A stretch of 64,000 nt of DNA from Polyangiales bacterium (GTDB lineage: Bacteria > Myxococcota_A > Polyangia > Polyangiales > JADJQN01). The stretch is taken from contig CAXNJO010000001.1 in the NCBI GenBank assembly GCA_964202905.1, positions 32,001 to 96,000 of the forward strand. Reading direction: 5' to 3'. A program made the position numbers and the translations under genes. Shown one piece after another: positions 1 to 12,505 of this stretch. The notes below the pieces were generated by a model. That model worked only from the letters and a program-made list of their open reading frames with translations. It did not search any database and had not been told where the DNA came from. The stretch's first letter is position 1. Each line of letters starts with the position of its first letter.

Positions 1-1
1 G

Positions 2-283
2 CAGGTGCGCACCACCTTCCTCGCGCTCGGCGCACGCGGGGCCGCGGCGCTCGCCGCATTCGCCGGGACGCTCCCCGCGGCGGCGATCGGGCTCGCGTGG
101 CCCGGCGCGATCGGCGCCTGCGTCGCGGGCGCGACGGCGCTCGTCTTCGTGGTCGTGGTGCCGCGCGCGCTCGCCCGACACGGCGCCGACCCGCGCCGCA
201 TGGCCCGCGCGCGGCTGCTTCACCGCGCGGCCGGCGTCGCGCTGGGGGCCCTGCTCTTCGCGGTCGCGGGCGGGCGCGGCTGA
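2..283 (+). CDS. C-terminal fragment of a membrane protein, possibly UbiA-family prenyltransferase (5' truncated by window edge)
   Basis: Frame is open to the window edge. 'QVRTTFLALG' followed by hydrophobic helices resembles the UbiA segment after the second Asp-rich motif. Confidence 0.4.
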   Translation, partial: QVRTTFLALGARGAAALAAFAGTLPAAAIGLAWPGAIGACVAGATALVFVVVVPRALARHGADPRRMARARLLHRAAGVALGALLFAVAGGRG

Positions 284-343
284 GGCCCGCGACGTCGGCT
301 ACCTCGGCGCGCCGAATGGCTGTACGATCGGGACGCTCGAGAC

Positions 344-1387
344 GTGAATCGCTTGGACCCACGCACGAACCCACCCGAAAACCGCACGATCGACGAGCGC
401 ATCGCCGCGCGGGACGAGCGCGTGCACGTGCTCACCGGCGCGGTCTGCAACAACAACTGCGTCTTCTGCATGGAAGAAGACCGTGACGCCCGCTACGTCA
501 CGAACAGCGCGACCGACGACGCGACGGTGCGCGCGCTCCTCGCGCAGAAGCGCGGCGCCGAGGAGTTCTGCTTCACCTCCGGCGAGCCGACGACGAACCC
601 GCGCCTGCCGCACTGGGTGCGCTGGGCGAAGGAGGCGGGCGTCCGCCGCATCAGCGTGATGACCAACGGCCGCGCGCTCTCCTACGAGAAGTACGCGAAG
701 GCGCTCATCGGCGCGGGGATGAACCGCTTCTACGTGAGCATCCACGGCCACACGGAGAAGCTCCACGAGGGCCTCACGCGCACGCCCGAGAGCTTCGCGC
801 AGACGGTCGCCGGGCTCGACATGATCACGCGCTTCAAGCGCTACGGGGTCGAGCTCCACACCTCGACCGTGATCACCAAGCGCAACCTCCCGCACATGGC
901 CGACATCTACCGCTTCCTGCGCGCGCACGGCGTCGATCAGGTCGTCTTCAACGTGATGCAGGCGAACGGCCGCGCCGACACGCACTTCGAGCAGATTTTT
1001 CCGCGCTACACGGAGATCGCCGCCGTCGCGCGCGCGTTCCTCGAGACGCAGTCCGCGATCGAGCCGCAGCCGCGCGCCTTCCTCGTCGACATCCCGCTCT
1101 GCACGACGTTGGGGATCCCCGACTTCAACCGCGGCTACGTCGAGTCCTACGTCCACTACGAGCCGGCCTCCAACGCGGAGAAGTTGCTGCCCGCAGAGCT
1201 GCTCCTCGGGCGCCGCGAAAACCTTGGCGGACGCGAGCTCGTCGCCGTGCGCCGCGCCGACCTCGACGACGTCGCGCGTCAGAAGCGCGCCGAGTGCAGC
1301 GCCTGCCGACACGAGCCCGCGTGCGAGGGCGTGTGGGGGAACTACCTCCGCCGCTTCGGCTGGGACGAGTTCGTCCCCGTGCCCTGA
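344..1387 (+). CDS. Radical SAM protein, HxsC4-like, with C-terminal CxxCxxxxxC
   Basis: CNNNCVFC motif, FTSGEPT, MTNG, VSIHG, and C-terminal [32 protein letters not shown]. Confidence 0.85.
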   Translation: MNRLDPRTNPPENRTIDERIAARDERVHVLTGAVCNNNCVFCMEEDRDARYVTNSATDDATVRALLAQKRGAEEFCFTSGEPTTNPRLPHWVRWAKEAGVRRISVMTNGRALSYEKYAKALIGAGMNRFYVSIHGHTEKLHEGLTRTPESFAQTVAGLDMITRFKRYGVELHTSTVITKRNLPHMADIYRFLRAHGVDQVVFNVMQANGRADTHFEQIFPRYTEIAAVARAFLETQSAIEPQPRAFLVDIPLCTTLGIPDFNRGYVESYVHYEPASNAEKLLPAELLLGRRENLGGRELVAVRRADLDDVARQKRAECSACRHEPACEGVWGNYLRRFGWDEFVPVP

Positions 1388-1497
1388 GCGCGCTACCCGC
1401 GCGTCACGGCGTCGCGACGCGGAGGCGCGACACGGCCCACGCCCGCTCCGCGGAACGGGATGGCACCCGCCGGAGCACGCGCGTATCCTCCCGCCCC

Positions 1498-3730
<2,233 letters not shown>

Positions 3731-3786
3731 CCGCGCGAGGCGCACGGCCGCGCGACTGAACCGTCATTCAGTCACGCGGCGCGCGC

Positions 3787-4461
3787 TCAGCGCAGCCACG
3801 CATACGCGCGCGCAACCGCGTCCGCGGCCCCCTCTTCGAGGAGTGCGCCGTGCGCGACGTGGAGGCGCTCGGGGCGCCACGCGAGCGCGCGGTCGATCGA
3901 AGACCGGAAGGCAACCTTGTCCGAGATGGTGCTGCGGAAGATGCGGCTGGCGGCGAGGCCCCCGTAGGCGCCGTTCATCCGCATGAACGTGCGCGTCCAC
4001 CAGTGCTCGGCGTGCACGACGTGAAAGAGCGCGTCGGTCGCGACGAGCGTGCGGCTCGGCGCGTGGAAGAAGAGCGTCTCCGACGACTTCGGCGAGCCGG
4101 CGAGCGTGACGGTGTCGATCGCGCCGCCGAACACGCCGAGCGCCGCGGCCGCAGGCGTGCCGAGCGTCGCGTCGATGCGCAGGCCGGGCTGCTTCGCGGC
4201 GACGCCTTCGGCGGCGAGCACGCGCGCCTCGGGGAAGGCCTCCGCCGCGCGGCCGAGGAAGAGGTGATGCAGCGCGTTCGGCGCGACGACCGCGCGCACC
4301 GGGCCGAGCGCCCGGATGGCGTCGACCTCGTCCGGCTCGAAGCGCACCGGCGAGATCACGACGACGCCACCGTCGTCGGTCGCGAGCACCGTCGTGCGCA
4401 GCCCGATCTGCACGCCGAGCAACGCGAAATCGCGGTCGATCACCCACACACCGTCCGCCAC
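3787..4461 (-). CDS. DUF4336-like protein (metallo-beta-lactamase-like fold)
   Basis: IGLRTTV..GGVVVISP, GPVRAVVAPNALHHLF, FFHAPSRTL(V)ATD, VAHG. Confidence 0.75.
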   Translation of the reverse strand: MADGVWVIDRDFALLGVQIGLRTTVLATDDGGVVVISPVRFEPDEVDAIRALGPVRAVVAPNALHHLFLGRAAEAFPEARVLAAEGVAAKQPGLRIDATLGTPAAAALGVFGGAIDTVTLAGSPKSSETLFFHAPSRTLVATDALFHVVHAEHWWTRTFMRMNGAYGGLAASRIFRSTISDKVAFRSSIDRALAWRPERLHVAHGALLEEGAADAVARAYAWLR

Positions 4462-4541
4462 GCGTTCCGGAGTGCCATGCGGGGGAATCTGCCCGCCGCG
4501 TGCCGCGACGCGCCATCCCCGGGCGCTATGCTGCGCGCCCC

Positions 4542-7139
4542 ATGGCCGACCCCGCCGCTCCCGCTCCTTCCGCGACGGCGCGGGCCGAAGCCCCGTTGTT
4601 CGCGCGCCTCCCGCCCGCCGACGCCTCGACGCCCGAGGCCATCCTCGACGCCTTCCTCAGCTGGGTGGAGTCGGCGGGGATCACGCTCTACCCCGCGCAG
4701 GAGCAGGCGCTGCTCGAGCTCGCGGCGGGCAAGAACGTCGTGCTCAACACGCCGACGGGCTCGGGCAAATCGCTCGTCGCCGCGATGATGTGCTTCATGG
4801 CCGTCGCCGAGGGTCGGCGCGCCTTCTACACGTGCCCGATCAAGGCGCTCGTCAGCGAGAAGTTCTTCGATCTGTGTCGCCTGCTCGGCGCCGATCAGGT
4901 CGGCATGATGACGGGCGACGCGTCGGTGAACCGCGACGCGCCCGTGATCTGCTGCACCGCCGAGATCCTCGCGAACCTCGCGCTCGCCGACGGCGATCGC
5001 GCCGACGTCGACTACGTCGTGATGGACGAGTTCCACTACTACGCCGACGCCGAGCGCGGCGCGGCGTGGCAGCTCCCGCTGCTCACGCTGCCGCAGGCGA
5101 CGTTCCTGCTCATGAGCGCGACTCTCGGTGAAACCGCGTTCTTCGAGGCCGCGCTCACGCGCCTCAACGGCCGCGAGACGGCGCTCGTGCGCGGCACCGA
5201 GCGCCCGGTGCCGCTCGCCTTCGACTACTCGGAGCGTCCGCTGCACGAGGCGATCTCCAAGCTGCTGCAGTCGGGCCGCGCGCCCATCTACCTCGTCAAC
5301 TTCACGCAGCGCAGCGCCGCGGAAGAGGCGCAGAACCTGCTGAGCACGGACTTCTGCACGAAGGACGAGAAGCGCGCGATCCAGGAGGCGCTGCGCGGCG
5401 TGAAGTTCACGAGCCCCTACGGCAAGGAATTGCAGCGTTTCCTGCGGCACGGCGTGGGCCTGCACCACGCGGGGCTCTTGCCGAAGTACCGCCGCGCGAC
5501 GGAGAAGCTCGCGCAGCAGGGGCTGCTCAAGATCATCAGCGGCACCGACACGCTCGGCGTCGGCGTGAACGTGCCGATCCGCACGGTGCTCTTCACGCGG
5601 CTCTACAAGTACGACGGGCAGCGCACGGCGCTGCTCTCGGTGCGCGACTTCCAGCAGGTCGCAGGGCGCGCGGGGCGCAAGGGCTTCGACGAGCAGGGCT
5701 GGGTCGTCGCGCAGGCGCCCGAGCACGTGATCGAGAACATGCAGGCCGAGAGCAAGGCCGCCGGCGACGCGAAGAAGCTGCGCAAGCTCGTGAAGACGAA
5801 GCCGCCCGACAAGTACGTGCATTACGACAAGGCGACCTTCGACCGGCTGCAATCGCTGCCGCCCGAGCCGCTCACGAGCCGCTTCGCCGTGACGCCCGCG
5901 ATGATGCTGCACGTGCTCGGTCGCCCCGGCGGCGAGGGCTGCGCGGCGATGAAGACCCTCCTCCGTGATTGTCACGACACGCCGGCGCAGAGGCGCGCGC
6001 ACGGCCGCACCGCGCGCAGCCTGCTCCGCTCGCTGCACGACGGGCGCATCCTCGACCTCGTGCCGCGCCCCGGCGCGCCGCACCTGCGCGAGCTGGTGGT
6101 GCGCGCGTCGCTCGGCGAGGACTTCTCGCTGAGCCGCACGCTCTCGCTCTACGTGCACGAGACGCTGCCGCGGCTCGATCCGTCGTCGGCGACGTACGCG
6201 CTCGACGTGCTCACGCTCGTCGAGGCCACGCTCGAGAGCCCGGACGTCGTGCTCTACGCCCAGCTCTCCAAGCTCAAGGGCGAGAAGGTCGCAGAGCTGA
6301 AGTCGCAGGGCGTCGAGTACGACGAGCGCATGGCCGAGCTCGAGAAGCTCGAGCACCCGAAGCCGCTGCGCGACTTCGTCTACGAGACGTTCAACGACTT
6401 CCGCGCGCGGCACCCGTGGGTCGGGCAGGAGAACATCAAGCCGAAGTCGATCGCGCGCGACATGGTCGAGCAGTTCCTCTCCTTCCACGAGTACGTACGC
6501 GAATACGAGCTGCAGCGCGCGGAAGGCACGCTGCTGCGGTATCTGACCGACGCCTACAAGGCGCTCGTGCAGACCGTGCCCGAGGGCGCGCGGACGGCGG
6601 AGATCGACGACGCGATCACGTACCTCGGCGCCGCCGTGCGGGGCACCGACGCCTCGCTCATCGACGAGTGGGAGCGGCTGCGACGCGGCGACGAGGCGGA
6701 GATCCTCGCGGCCGAGGCCGAGCGCGAAGACCCGAACGCGACGCCCGCGGCCGCCGACATCACGCGCGATTCGCGGGCCTTCACGGTGCTCGTACGCAAC
6801 GACGCGTTCCGTCTGGTGCGCGCGATCGCGCGGGGCCGCTGGGACGGCGCGGCCGAGGTGCTCGCCGAGAGCGACCCGCCCTGGACGGCGCCGCGCCTCG
6901 CCGACGCGATGCGCGCGTATTTCGCGGAGCACGCGTTCTTGCGCACGGACCCCGACGCGCGTCTGCCGAGCCGCACGACGATCGCGCCGAGCGAAGACGG
7001 GCGCAGCTGGCAGGTCGCGCAGGTGCTCTGCGACGAAGAAGACGCGACGGACTGGGCGCTCGTGCTGCACGTCGACCTCGAGCGCTCGCGCGCGGCGGGG
7101 CGACCGGCGATCTCGCTCCTGCGCGTCGAGGGCGGCTGA
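4542..7139 (+). CDS. DEAD/DEAH-box Ski2-like helicase with DUF3516-type C-terminus
   Basis: PTGSGKS, VVMDEFHYY, LMSAT, HHAGLLPKYR, GTDTLGVGVNVPI, QVAGRAGRKG, LLRYLTDAYKAL. Confidence 0.9.
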   Translation: MADPAAPAPSATARAEAPLFARLPPADASTPEAILDAFLSWVESAGITLYPAQEQALLELAAGKNVVLNTPTGSGKSLVAAMMCFMAVAEGRRAFYTCPIKALVSEKFFDLCRLLGADQVGMMTGDASVNRDAPVICCTAEILANLALADGDRADVDYVVMDEFHYYADAERGAAWQLPLLTLPQATFLLMSATLGETAFFEAALTRLNGRETALVRGTERPVPLAFDYSERPLHEAISKLLQSGRAPIYLVNFTQRSAAEEAQNLLSTDFCTKDEKRAIQEALRGVKFTSPYGKELQRFLRHGVGLHHAGLLPKYRRATEKLAQQGLLKIISGTDTLGVGVNVPIRTVLFTRLYKYDGQRTALLSVRDFQQVAGRAGRKGFDEQGWVVAQAPEHVIENMQAESKAAGDAKKLRKLVKTKPPDKYVHYDKATFDRLQSLPPEPLTSRFAVTPAMMLHVLGRPGGEGCAAMKTLLRDCHDTPAQRRAHGRTARSLLRSLHDGRILDLVPRPGAPHLRELVVRASLGEDFSLSRTLSLYVHETLPRLDPSSATYALDVLTLVEATLESPDVVLYAQLSKLKGEKVAELKSQGVEYDERMAELEKLEHPKPLRDFVYETFNDFRARHPWVGQENIKPKSIARDMVEQFLSFHEYVREYELQRAEGTLLRYLTDAYKALVQTVPEGARTAEIDDAITYLGAAVRGTDASLIDEWERLRRGDEAEILAAEAEREDPNATPAAADITRDSRAFTVLVRNDAFRLVRAIARGRWDGAAEVLAESDPPWTAPRLADAMRAYFAEHAFLRTDPDARLPSRTTIAPSEDGRSWQVAQVLCDEEDATDWALVLHVDLERSRAAGRPAISLLRVEGG

Positions 7140-7187
7140 CGTCGCGCTCCGCACCGGGAGCGCGGATCGCCCATCAACACAAAGGGT

Positions 7188-8489
7188 TCAGCCGTCGACG
7201 CCGCGGAGCGCGACGAGCGCGCGCACGGCCGCGCGGGCGTCCGCGGGGAGCGGATCGGCGAAGCGCAGGCCCACGAGCGAGCCACCGCGCGCGGTGTCCG
7301 GGCGCACCCACTGCGTCTCCGTCCCCACGATCGTCGCCGCACTCGCACCCGGCGCGACGAACACGAGCGCGAGCGGCGCTCCCGGCACGGCGTCGGGCGC
7401 GTGCAGGGCGACGCCACCCTCGGAGACGTCCTCGATCCGCACTTCGATCTGCCGCCCCTCGCGCGTGCTCGTGAGCCAGCCGCGCACGGAGAAGGGCGCG
7501 CGGCGGAAGCGACGGCGCTCGCTCAGCAGCAGGATGGGCGCGGGCTCCGCGGTCTCCTCGTCTTCGCCACGGCGCGCGCGACCGAGCAGCGCGAGCGGAC
7601 GAGCGAGCGCAGCGGGCACCGCGTCGAGCAGCGCGTTGCGCAGCAGCGACACATCACCGGGGCGATCTTCCGGCTCGCGTGCGAGCGCCCGCACGAGCAC
7701 GGCGGCGAGCGCGGGCGGCACATCGGCGCGGTGCTCCCGCACATCGGGCACGGGCCGCGTCATCTGCGCGACGAGGATGTCCGCGTACATGCCCGGATAC
7801 GGCGGCCGCCCCGCGAGCAGCTCGAAGAGCGTCGCGCCGATCGCGTAGACGTCGGCGCGGCGATCGGTGGGCTTGCGCAGCGAGAGCTGCTCGGGCGCCA
7901 TGTACGAGGGCGTGCCGAGGAACGTGCCCTCCTGCGTGAGCTTGCGTCCCGCGGGCACCGCGGCCGCGGGCGCATCCGGCAGCGCGGCGATGCCGAAGTC
8001 GATGAGCTTCGCGCGCTCGTCGTTGGCGCGCGTGCGCACGACGAAGACGTTCGAGGGCTTCACGTCGCGGTGCACGAGCCCGCCGGCGTGGGCCGGGCCG
8101 AGCGCCTCGCAGAGCTCGATCGCGAGCCGCGTCGCCTCGGGCACGCCGAGCACGCCGCGACGTTGCAGGCAGGCATCGACCGTCTCGCCCTCGAGGCGCT
8201 CGAGCGCGAGATAGGGCTGCCCATCGTCGCAGCGCCCCGCGTCGAGCAGCTCGACGACGCCCGGGTGACGCGCGACCTCGAGCGCGCGCGCCTCGCGCAG
8301 GAGCCGCGCCGCGATCTCACCGTCTGGAGGCGTGCCGGGCAGCAGCACCTTCAGCGCGATCGGCCGCCCGCTGAAGACGTGCCGCACCGCGAGCACGCGG
8401 CTCATGCCGCCCTCGGCGATCAGCCCTTCGACGGCGTAGCGACCGCCGAGCGCGACACCGGCGTGCGGAGCGGGTGGCGGTGTCGGCAT
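7188..8489 (-). CDS. Ser/Thr protein kinase with C-terminal PilZ domain
   Basis: Kinase motifs EGGMSRV, ALKVL, HRDVKPSN, DFG, GTPSYMAPE. C-terminal ERRRFRRAP..IEDVSEGG..QWVR..VGLRF. ATG at 8489 chosen as start. Confidence 0.88.
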   Translation of the reverse strand: MPTPPPAPHAGVALGGRYAVEGLIAEGGMSRVLAVRHVFSGRPIALKVLLPGTPPDGEIAARLLREARALEVARHPGVVELLDAGRCDDGQPYLALERLEGETVDACLQRRGVLGVPEATRLAIELCEALGPAHAGGLVHRDVKPSNVFVVRTRANDERAKLIDFGIAALPDAPAAAVPAGRKLTQEGTFLGTPSYMAPEQLSLRKPTDRRADVYAIGATLFELLAGRPPYPGMYADILVAQMTRPVPDVREHRADVPPALAAVLVRALAREPEDRPGDVSLLRNALLDAVPAALARPLALLGRARRGEDEETAEPAPILLLSERRRFRRAPFSVRGWLTSTREGRQIEVRIEDVSEGGVALHAPDAVPGAPLALVFVAPGASAATIVGTETQWVRPDTARGGSLVGLRFADPLPADARAAVRALVALRGVDG

Positions 8490-8553
8490 CAGCTGCGAGG
8501 CGGCGCGAGAACCCCGCGCGCGCTCGTTTCTCGAGAGAAAAGCGGAGTTTCGC

Positions 8554-9636
8554 TCACGGACGCACGCCCCGCGGGGGCAGCGCGGTGAAGGCGTCGCACG
8601 GCCCCTGCCGCACGCTCGTGCCGCCGACGTTCGACACCGTCGGCGCCCCCATCGTCGAGCCGTAGATGCGCACGGGCGCGTCGGTGTACGCGAGCAGCAC
8701 GCACATCTCACCGTCGTCCGCGTTGCGGTAGCGCAGGTCGAAGGACTCCGTGTTGTCGTAGCTGCACGTCATGCGGAAGCCCGTCGCGCCCATCATCTCG
8801 AAGGGCACGTCGAGCATCGCGCCGAGCGGATCGCCGACGGCCGCGTCCGTCTCGAAGATCACCTCGCCGTCGCGCGGGCCGCCGACGACCTCGAAGCGGA
8901 AGTTCGTCGCGTACTGGTGGTAGTGCGGCAGCACGTAATGGATGCGGAAATCGAGCGGCGCGCCCGTCGCGCGGGCGACGTCGCAGTCCATGGAGAGCGA
9001 CGCCGTCGACGCCGCCGGCACGAGGAAGCCCTCCTGATAGTTCAGCGAGAGCGGCTGCAGGCGCGTCGTGACCTCGGCCTCGTCGAGCAGCGTGAGGTCG
9101 AAGCCCGCGTCGGTCGTGACGGGCACGGTGTCGAAGTTGATGAGGTGCACGCCGCCCAGGATGCGGCTGTGCGGCGGGATCACGAAGGCCGCGCCCGGCG
9201 GGAACTGCTGCGTCTCGTCCTCGGCCTGCGTCGACTGTGCGAAGAACACGCCACCGAGCAGCGCGTAGCCCTCGTTGAAGCCGCGGTCGCGGCAGTTCCA
9301 CACGCCGTCCGGCCCCTCGAGCACGTCGTCGGGCACGTACATCCAGTTCGAGTGATGCCACGCCGGACCCGCGCGAAAGTGAACGGCGTTCACGTAGATC
9401 GGTTCGTCGTTGTTCAGCGTCCAGCTCATGCACGGGTAGTTCGCAGTCCCGGGGCCGAGGTCCTCGCCGGGCGCGAGGTCGACGCCCGGGAAGGTGTGCG
9501 AGGTATCCGTGAAGGGCGCGGGACCGCGGCCCGCATCGGGCGCGACGGGCGGCGGCGGCGCGGCGTCGTCGTCGCCGCAGGAGACCGAGAGCGCGAGCGA
9601 GGCGCAGAGGGCGAGTCGGAGCGCGCGGACGTTCAT
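8554..9636 (-). CDS. Lipoprotein, copper type II ascorbate-dependent monooxygenase-like (PHM/DBH fold)
   Basis: Lipobox SVSC-GDDD; WHHSNW, GGVHLIN, PHYHQY, CSYDN, DGEMC. Confidence 0.75.
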   Translation of the reverse strand: MNVRALRLALCASLALSVSCGDDDAAPPPPVAPDAGRGPAPFTDTSHTFPGVDLAPGEDLGPGTANYPCMSWTLNNDEPIYVNAVHFRAGPAWHHSNWMYVPDDVLEGPDGVWNCRDRGFNEGYALLGGVFFAQSTQAEDETQQFPPGAAFVIPPHSRILGGVHLINFDTVPVTTDAGFDLTLLDEAEVTTRLQPLSLNYQEGFLVPAASTASLSMDCDVARATGAPLDFRIHYVLPHYHQYATNFRFEVVGGPRDGEVIFETDAAVGDPLGAMLDVPFEMMGATGFRMTCSYDNTESFDLRYRNADDGEMCVLLAYTDAPVRIYGSTMGAPTVSNVGGTSVRQGPCDAFTALPPRGVRP

Positions 9637-9846
9637 GTCGGACCTCACGACGCGGGGTGGGTGGAAGGCGACCCGCGCTTCGGATCGAAGCCCGCGCCCC
9701 GCACGCGTTCGCCGGGGTGGGCCGCTGCTGAATGGCGGTTCATCGTGCCATGGTTTCCGGCGCGCCGGAACGCGGCGTGACACGGCCCGCACGACGCGCG
9801 GCGGGGCGCTCGCGGGGCGGCGCATCCTCGGTCAGGCTCGCGGGCG

Positions 9847-10413
9847 ATGTCGGGCGCGACGTGGATCTTCGGCTACGGCTCGCTGATCTGGCGGCCCTCG
9901 TTTCCGTTCGTCGCGCGGCGGCGCGCGGTGCTCGCGGATCATGCGCGGCGCTTCTGGCAGGGCTCGACGGATCACCGCGGCCTGCCCGGTGCGCCGGGGC
10001 GCGTCGTCACGCTGATCGAGGCGCCGGGCGAGTCGTGCGTGGGCGTCGCGTACGCGATCGACGCGGACGCGCGGGACGCCGTGCTCGCGCACCTCGACGA
10101 GCGCGAGCAGGGCGGGTACGTGCGCGGCGAGGCGGCGCTCGCGCTGAGCGACGCGGACCTCGCGCGCGCCGGCGCCGTGCCAGCGGAGGTCGTGCGCGCG
10201 GTCGTGTACCGCGCCGACCCGACGTGCGTCGAGTGGCTCGGCGATGCGCCCCTCGGCGCGATGGCCGCGCAGATCCGCGCCGCGCGCGGGCCGAGCGGCC
10301 CGAACCACGAGTACGTGCTGCGCCTCGCGGAGGCCCTGCGGGCGCTCGACGCCGACGACGCGCACGTCGAGGCCCTCGCCGCGCTCGTCGCGGGCGACAC
10401 GTCCGCGCGCTGA
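9847..10413 (+). CDS. chaC: Gamma-glutamylcyclotransferase, ChaC-like
   Basis: WIFGYGSLIWRP, RRFWQGSTDHRG.PG.PGRVVTL, LDEREQGGY, GPSGPNHEY. Confidence 0.9.
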   Translation: MSGATWIFGYGSLIWRPSFPFVARRRAVLADHARRFWQGSTDHRGLPGAPGRVVTLIEAPGESCVGVAYAIDADARDAVLAHLDEREQGGYVRGEAALALSDADLARAGAVPAEVVRAVVYRADPTCVEWLGDAPLGAMAAQIRAARGPSGPNHEYVLRLAEALRALDADDAHVEALAALVAGDTSAR

Positions 10414-10585
10414 CCGCCCCGCGCATCGCGGCGCACGCGGCCGCGCGCGGGCCGCCGCGCCCATCGCGCACGGCGCTTCGCCGCGGAGGCCGGAACGCGT
10501 CGCGTCGCGGAGGCCGAATCGTGGGTGCCGCGTCGAATGCGCCGCCCGCATCACGCGGCGCACGAACGCGCCTAGACTCCCGCGC

Positions 10586-12376
10586 ATGCTGCGCGCCGGC
10601 CTCGCGAAGGCGGAGATCACCGCATGGGAGCCGGGCCTCCTGCTGCTCGGCTGGGGGCAGTACGACAACGTCGCCGAGGGTGTGGCCGAGCCGCTCTTCG
10701 CGCGCGCGCTCGTGCTGGAAGACGCCGCGCGGAACGAGCGCGTCGCGTACGTCTGCGTCGATCTGTGCTTCGTGACGCAGTCCGTGCGCGACGCGGTGCT
10801 CGCCGCGCTCACACGCGAGGACGCGGCGCTCGGGCTCACGGCGCGCAGCGTGATGCTCACCGCGACGCACACGCACAGCGGGCCGAGCGGCTACGCGCAC
10901 GAGGTCTATTACACGCTGATGACGGGCGGCTTCGTGCCGCGGGTGCACGCCGCGATCGTCGCGGGGATCGTGCGCGCGATCCGCGAGGCTGCGGCGCGTA
11001 TGGAGACCGCCCGCCTGCGTGTGGCGGCGGGCGCGATGCCCGGCCCGGCGATCGCCTTCAACCGGGCGCTCGGGCCCTATCTGCGCAACCGCGGCGCGCG
11101 GCACGTCCCGCGCGATCGGCCCGCGCTCGGCGTCGACCCGACGCACACCGTGCTGCGCATCGAGGACGCCGCGGGGAGACCGCTCGGCGCGCTCAGCACG
11201 TTCCCGCTGCACGGCACCTGCGTGCACGCCGATCACCGCGTGATCCACCCGGATCACAAGGGACTCGCGGCCGAACGTCTCGACGCGATCGCGCGGGCTC
11301 GGCTCGGCGCAGGCCCCGATTTCGTGGCGATCTTCGCGCAGGGCGCGGCCGGCGACGTCACGCCCAACGGGCGCGCGAGCCCGTCACGCGGCGTGCACGT
11401 CGGCCCGTCCGACGACGACTTCGAGAGCGCGCGGTGCATCGCCGAGGCGCAGGCCGCGCACGCCGCCGCGCTGCTCGTGCAGGCCGCGGACGAGCCGCCG
11501 CTCGAGCCGGTGCTCGCGGCGGCGTGCGTGCACGCGCAGCTCGCGGACGCCCCCGTCGACGACGATCTGCTCGACGGATTGCGCCCGGGCGCGCGCACGA
11601 CGGGCGCCGTCATCGGCCTCGCGATGGCGCACGGCACGCACGAGGGGCACGGCCCGCTCCACGCGCAGCGGCGCGCGACGTACGCGCTCGCGCGGCTGCG
11701 GCGCGCGGCGGGCCTCGACCCGAAGGTGCCGTTGCTCGAGGTCGATCGCGGCGACGACACCCGCGCCTTTGGGCTCGTCGCGACCCGCGCGCTCGCGGAG
11801 ACGGCGGCGCACATCGACGCGGTGCGCGCGGATCCGACCGTCGCGCGCTACCTCGGCTGGGCGCGCACGGGCACGCTGGGCGCAGCGCCGTGGGTCGCGA
11901 CGGTCGCGCCCGTGCAGGTCGTGCGCATCGGGCGGCTCGCGCTCGCGGGGATCCCCGGGGAGCCCACGCTCACGGCGGGCGCGCGGCTGCGGCACACGCT
12001 GCTCGGCGCGCTCGCGCCGCTCGGCGTGCGCGGCGCGATCGTGCAGGGCTACGCGAACGCGTACACCGGCTACGTCACGACGCCCGAGGAGTACGCGTAC
12101 CAGCACTACGAGGGCGGCTACACCGTCTTCGGTCCGCGCACCCTCGCCGCCCACCGCACGGCCCTGCGCCGCGCCGCGCACCGGCTCGTCAGCCCGCCGC
12201 GCGACGCGGACCGCGACGTCGTGCCCGGACCGGCCCCGCACGCCTGCCCGCCTGAGCTCCTCGCCGCGCGCAGCCGCAACCGGGACGCGGCCGGCGCCCC
12301 CGCGACGACGCCGGAAGGTGGGCCCGACGCACCTCCGATCACGGACTTGCTTGACAGCCTGCGGAGCCTGCGCTAA
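10586..12376 (+). CDS. Neutral/alkaline ceramidase family protein
   Basis: PLFARAL, ATHTHSGPSG, AFNRALGPY, HGTCV, AQGAAGDVTPN, IPGEPT, GYANAYTGYVTTPEEY..QHYEGG.TVFG. No signal peptide visible. Confidence 0.85.
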   Translation: MLRAGLAKAEITAWEPGLLLLGWGQYDNVAEGVAEPLFARALVLEDAARNERVAYVCVDLCFVTQSVRDAVLAALTREDAALGLTARSVMLTATHTHSGPSGYAHEVYYTLMTGGFVPRVHAAIVAGIVRAIREAAARMETARLRVAAGAMPGPAIAFNRALGPYLRNRGARHVPRDRPALGVDPTHTVLRIEDAAGRPLGALSTFPLHGTCVHADHRVIHPDHKGLAAERLDAIARARLGAGPDFVAIFAQGAAGDVTPNGRASPSRGVHVGPSDDDFESARCIAEAQAAHAAALLVQAADEPPLEPVLAAACVHAQLADAPVDDDLLDGLRPGARTTGAVIGLAMAHGTHEGHGPLHAQRRATYALARLRRAAGLDPKVPLLEVDRGDDTRAFGLVATRALAETAAHIDAVRADPTVARYLGWARTGTLGAAPWVATVAPVQVVRIGRLALAGIPGEPTLTAGARLRHTLLGALAPLGVRGAIVQGYANAYTGYVTTPEEYAYQHYEGGYTVFGPRTLAAHRTALRRAAHRLVSPPRDADRDVVPGPAPHACPPELLAARSRNRDAAGAPATTPEGGPDAPPITDLLDSLRSLR

Positions 12377-12379
12377 CTC
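12351..12379 (+). promoter_or_regulatory. Putative sigma70-type promoter for tRNA-Gly
   Basis: TTGACA at 12351, then a TAACT-containing -10-like hexamer 16-17 bp downstream, ~16 bp before the tRNA. Confidence 0.45.
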
Positions 12380-12395
12380 CCCGCCTCGTTGTTTT

Positions 12396-12470
<75 letters not shown>

Positions 12471-12505
12471 TCTGAAGCAGCACGCTGACGGCCGACTCGA
12501 GCACA

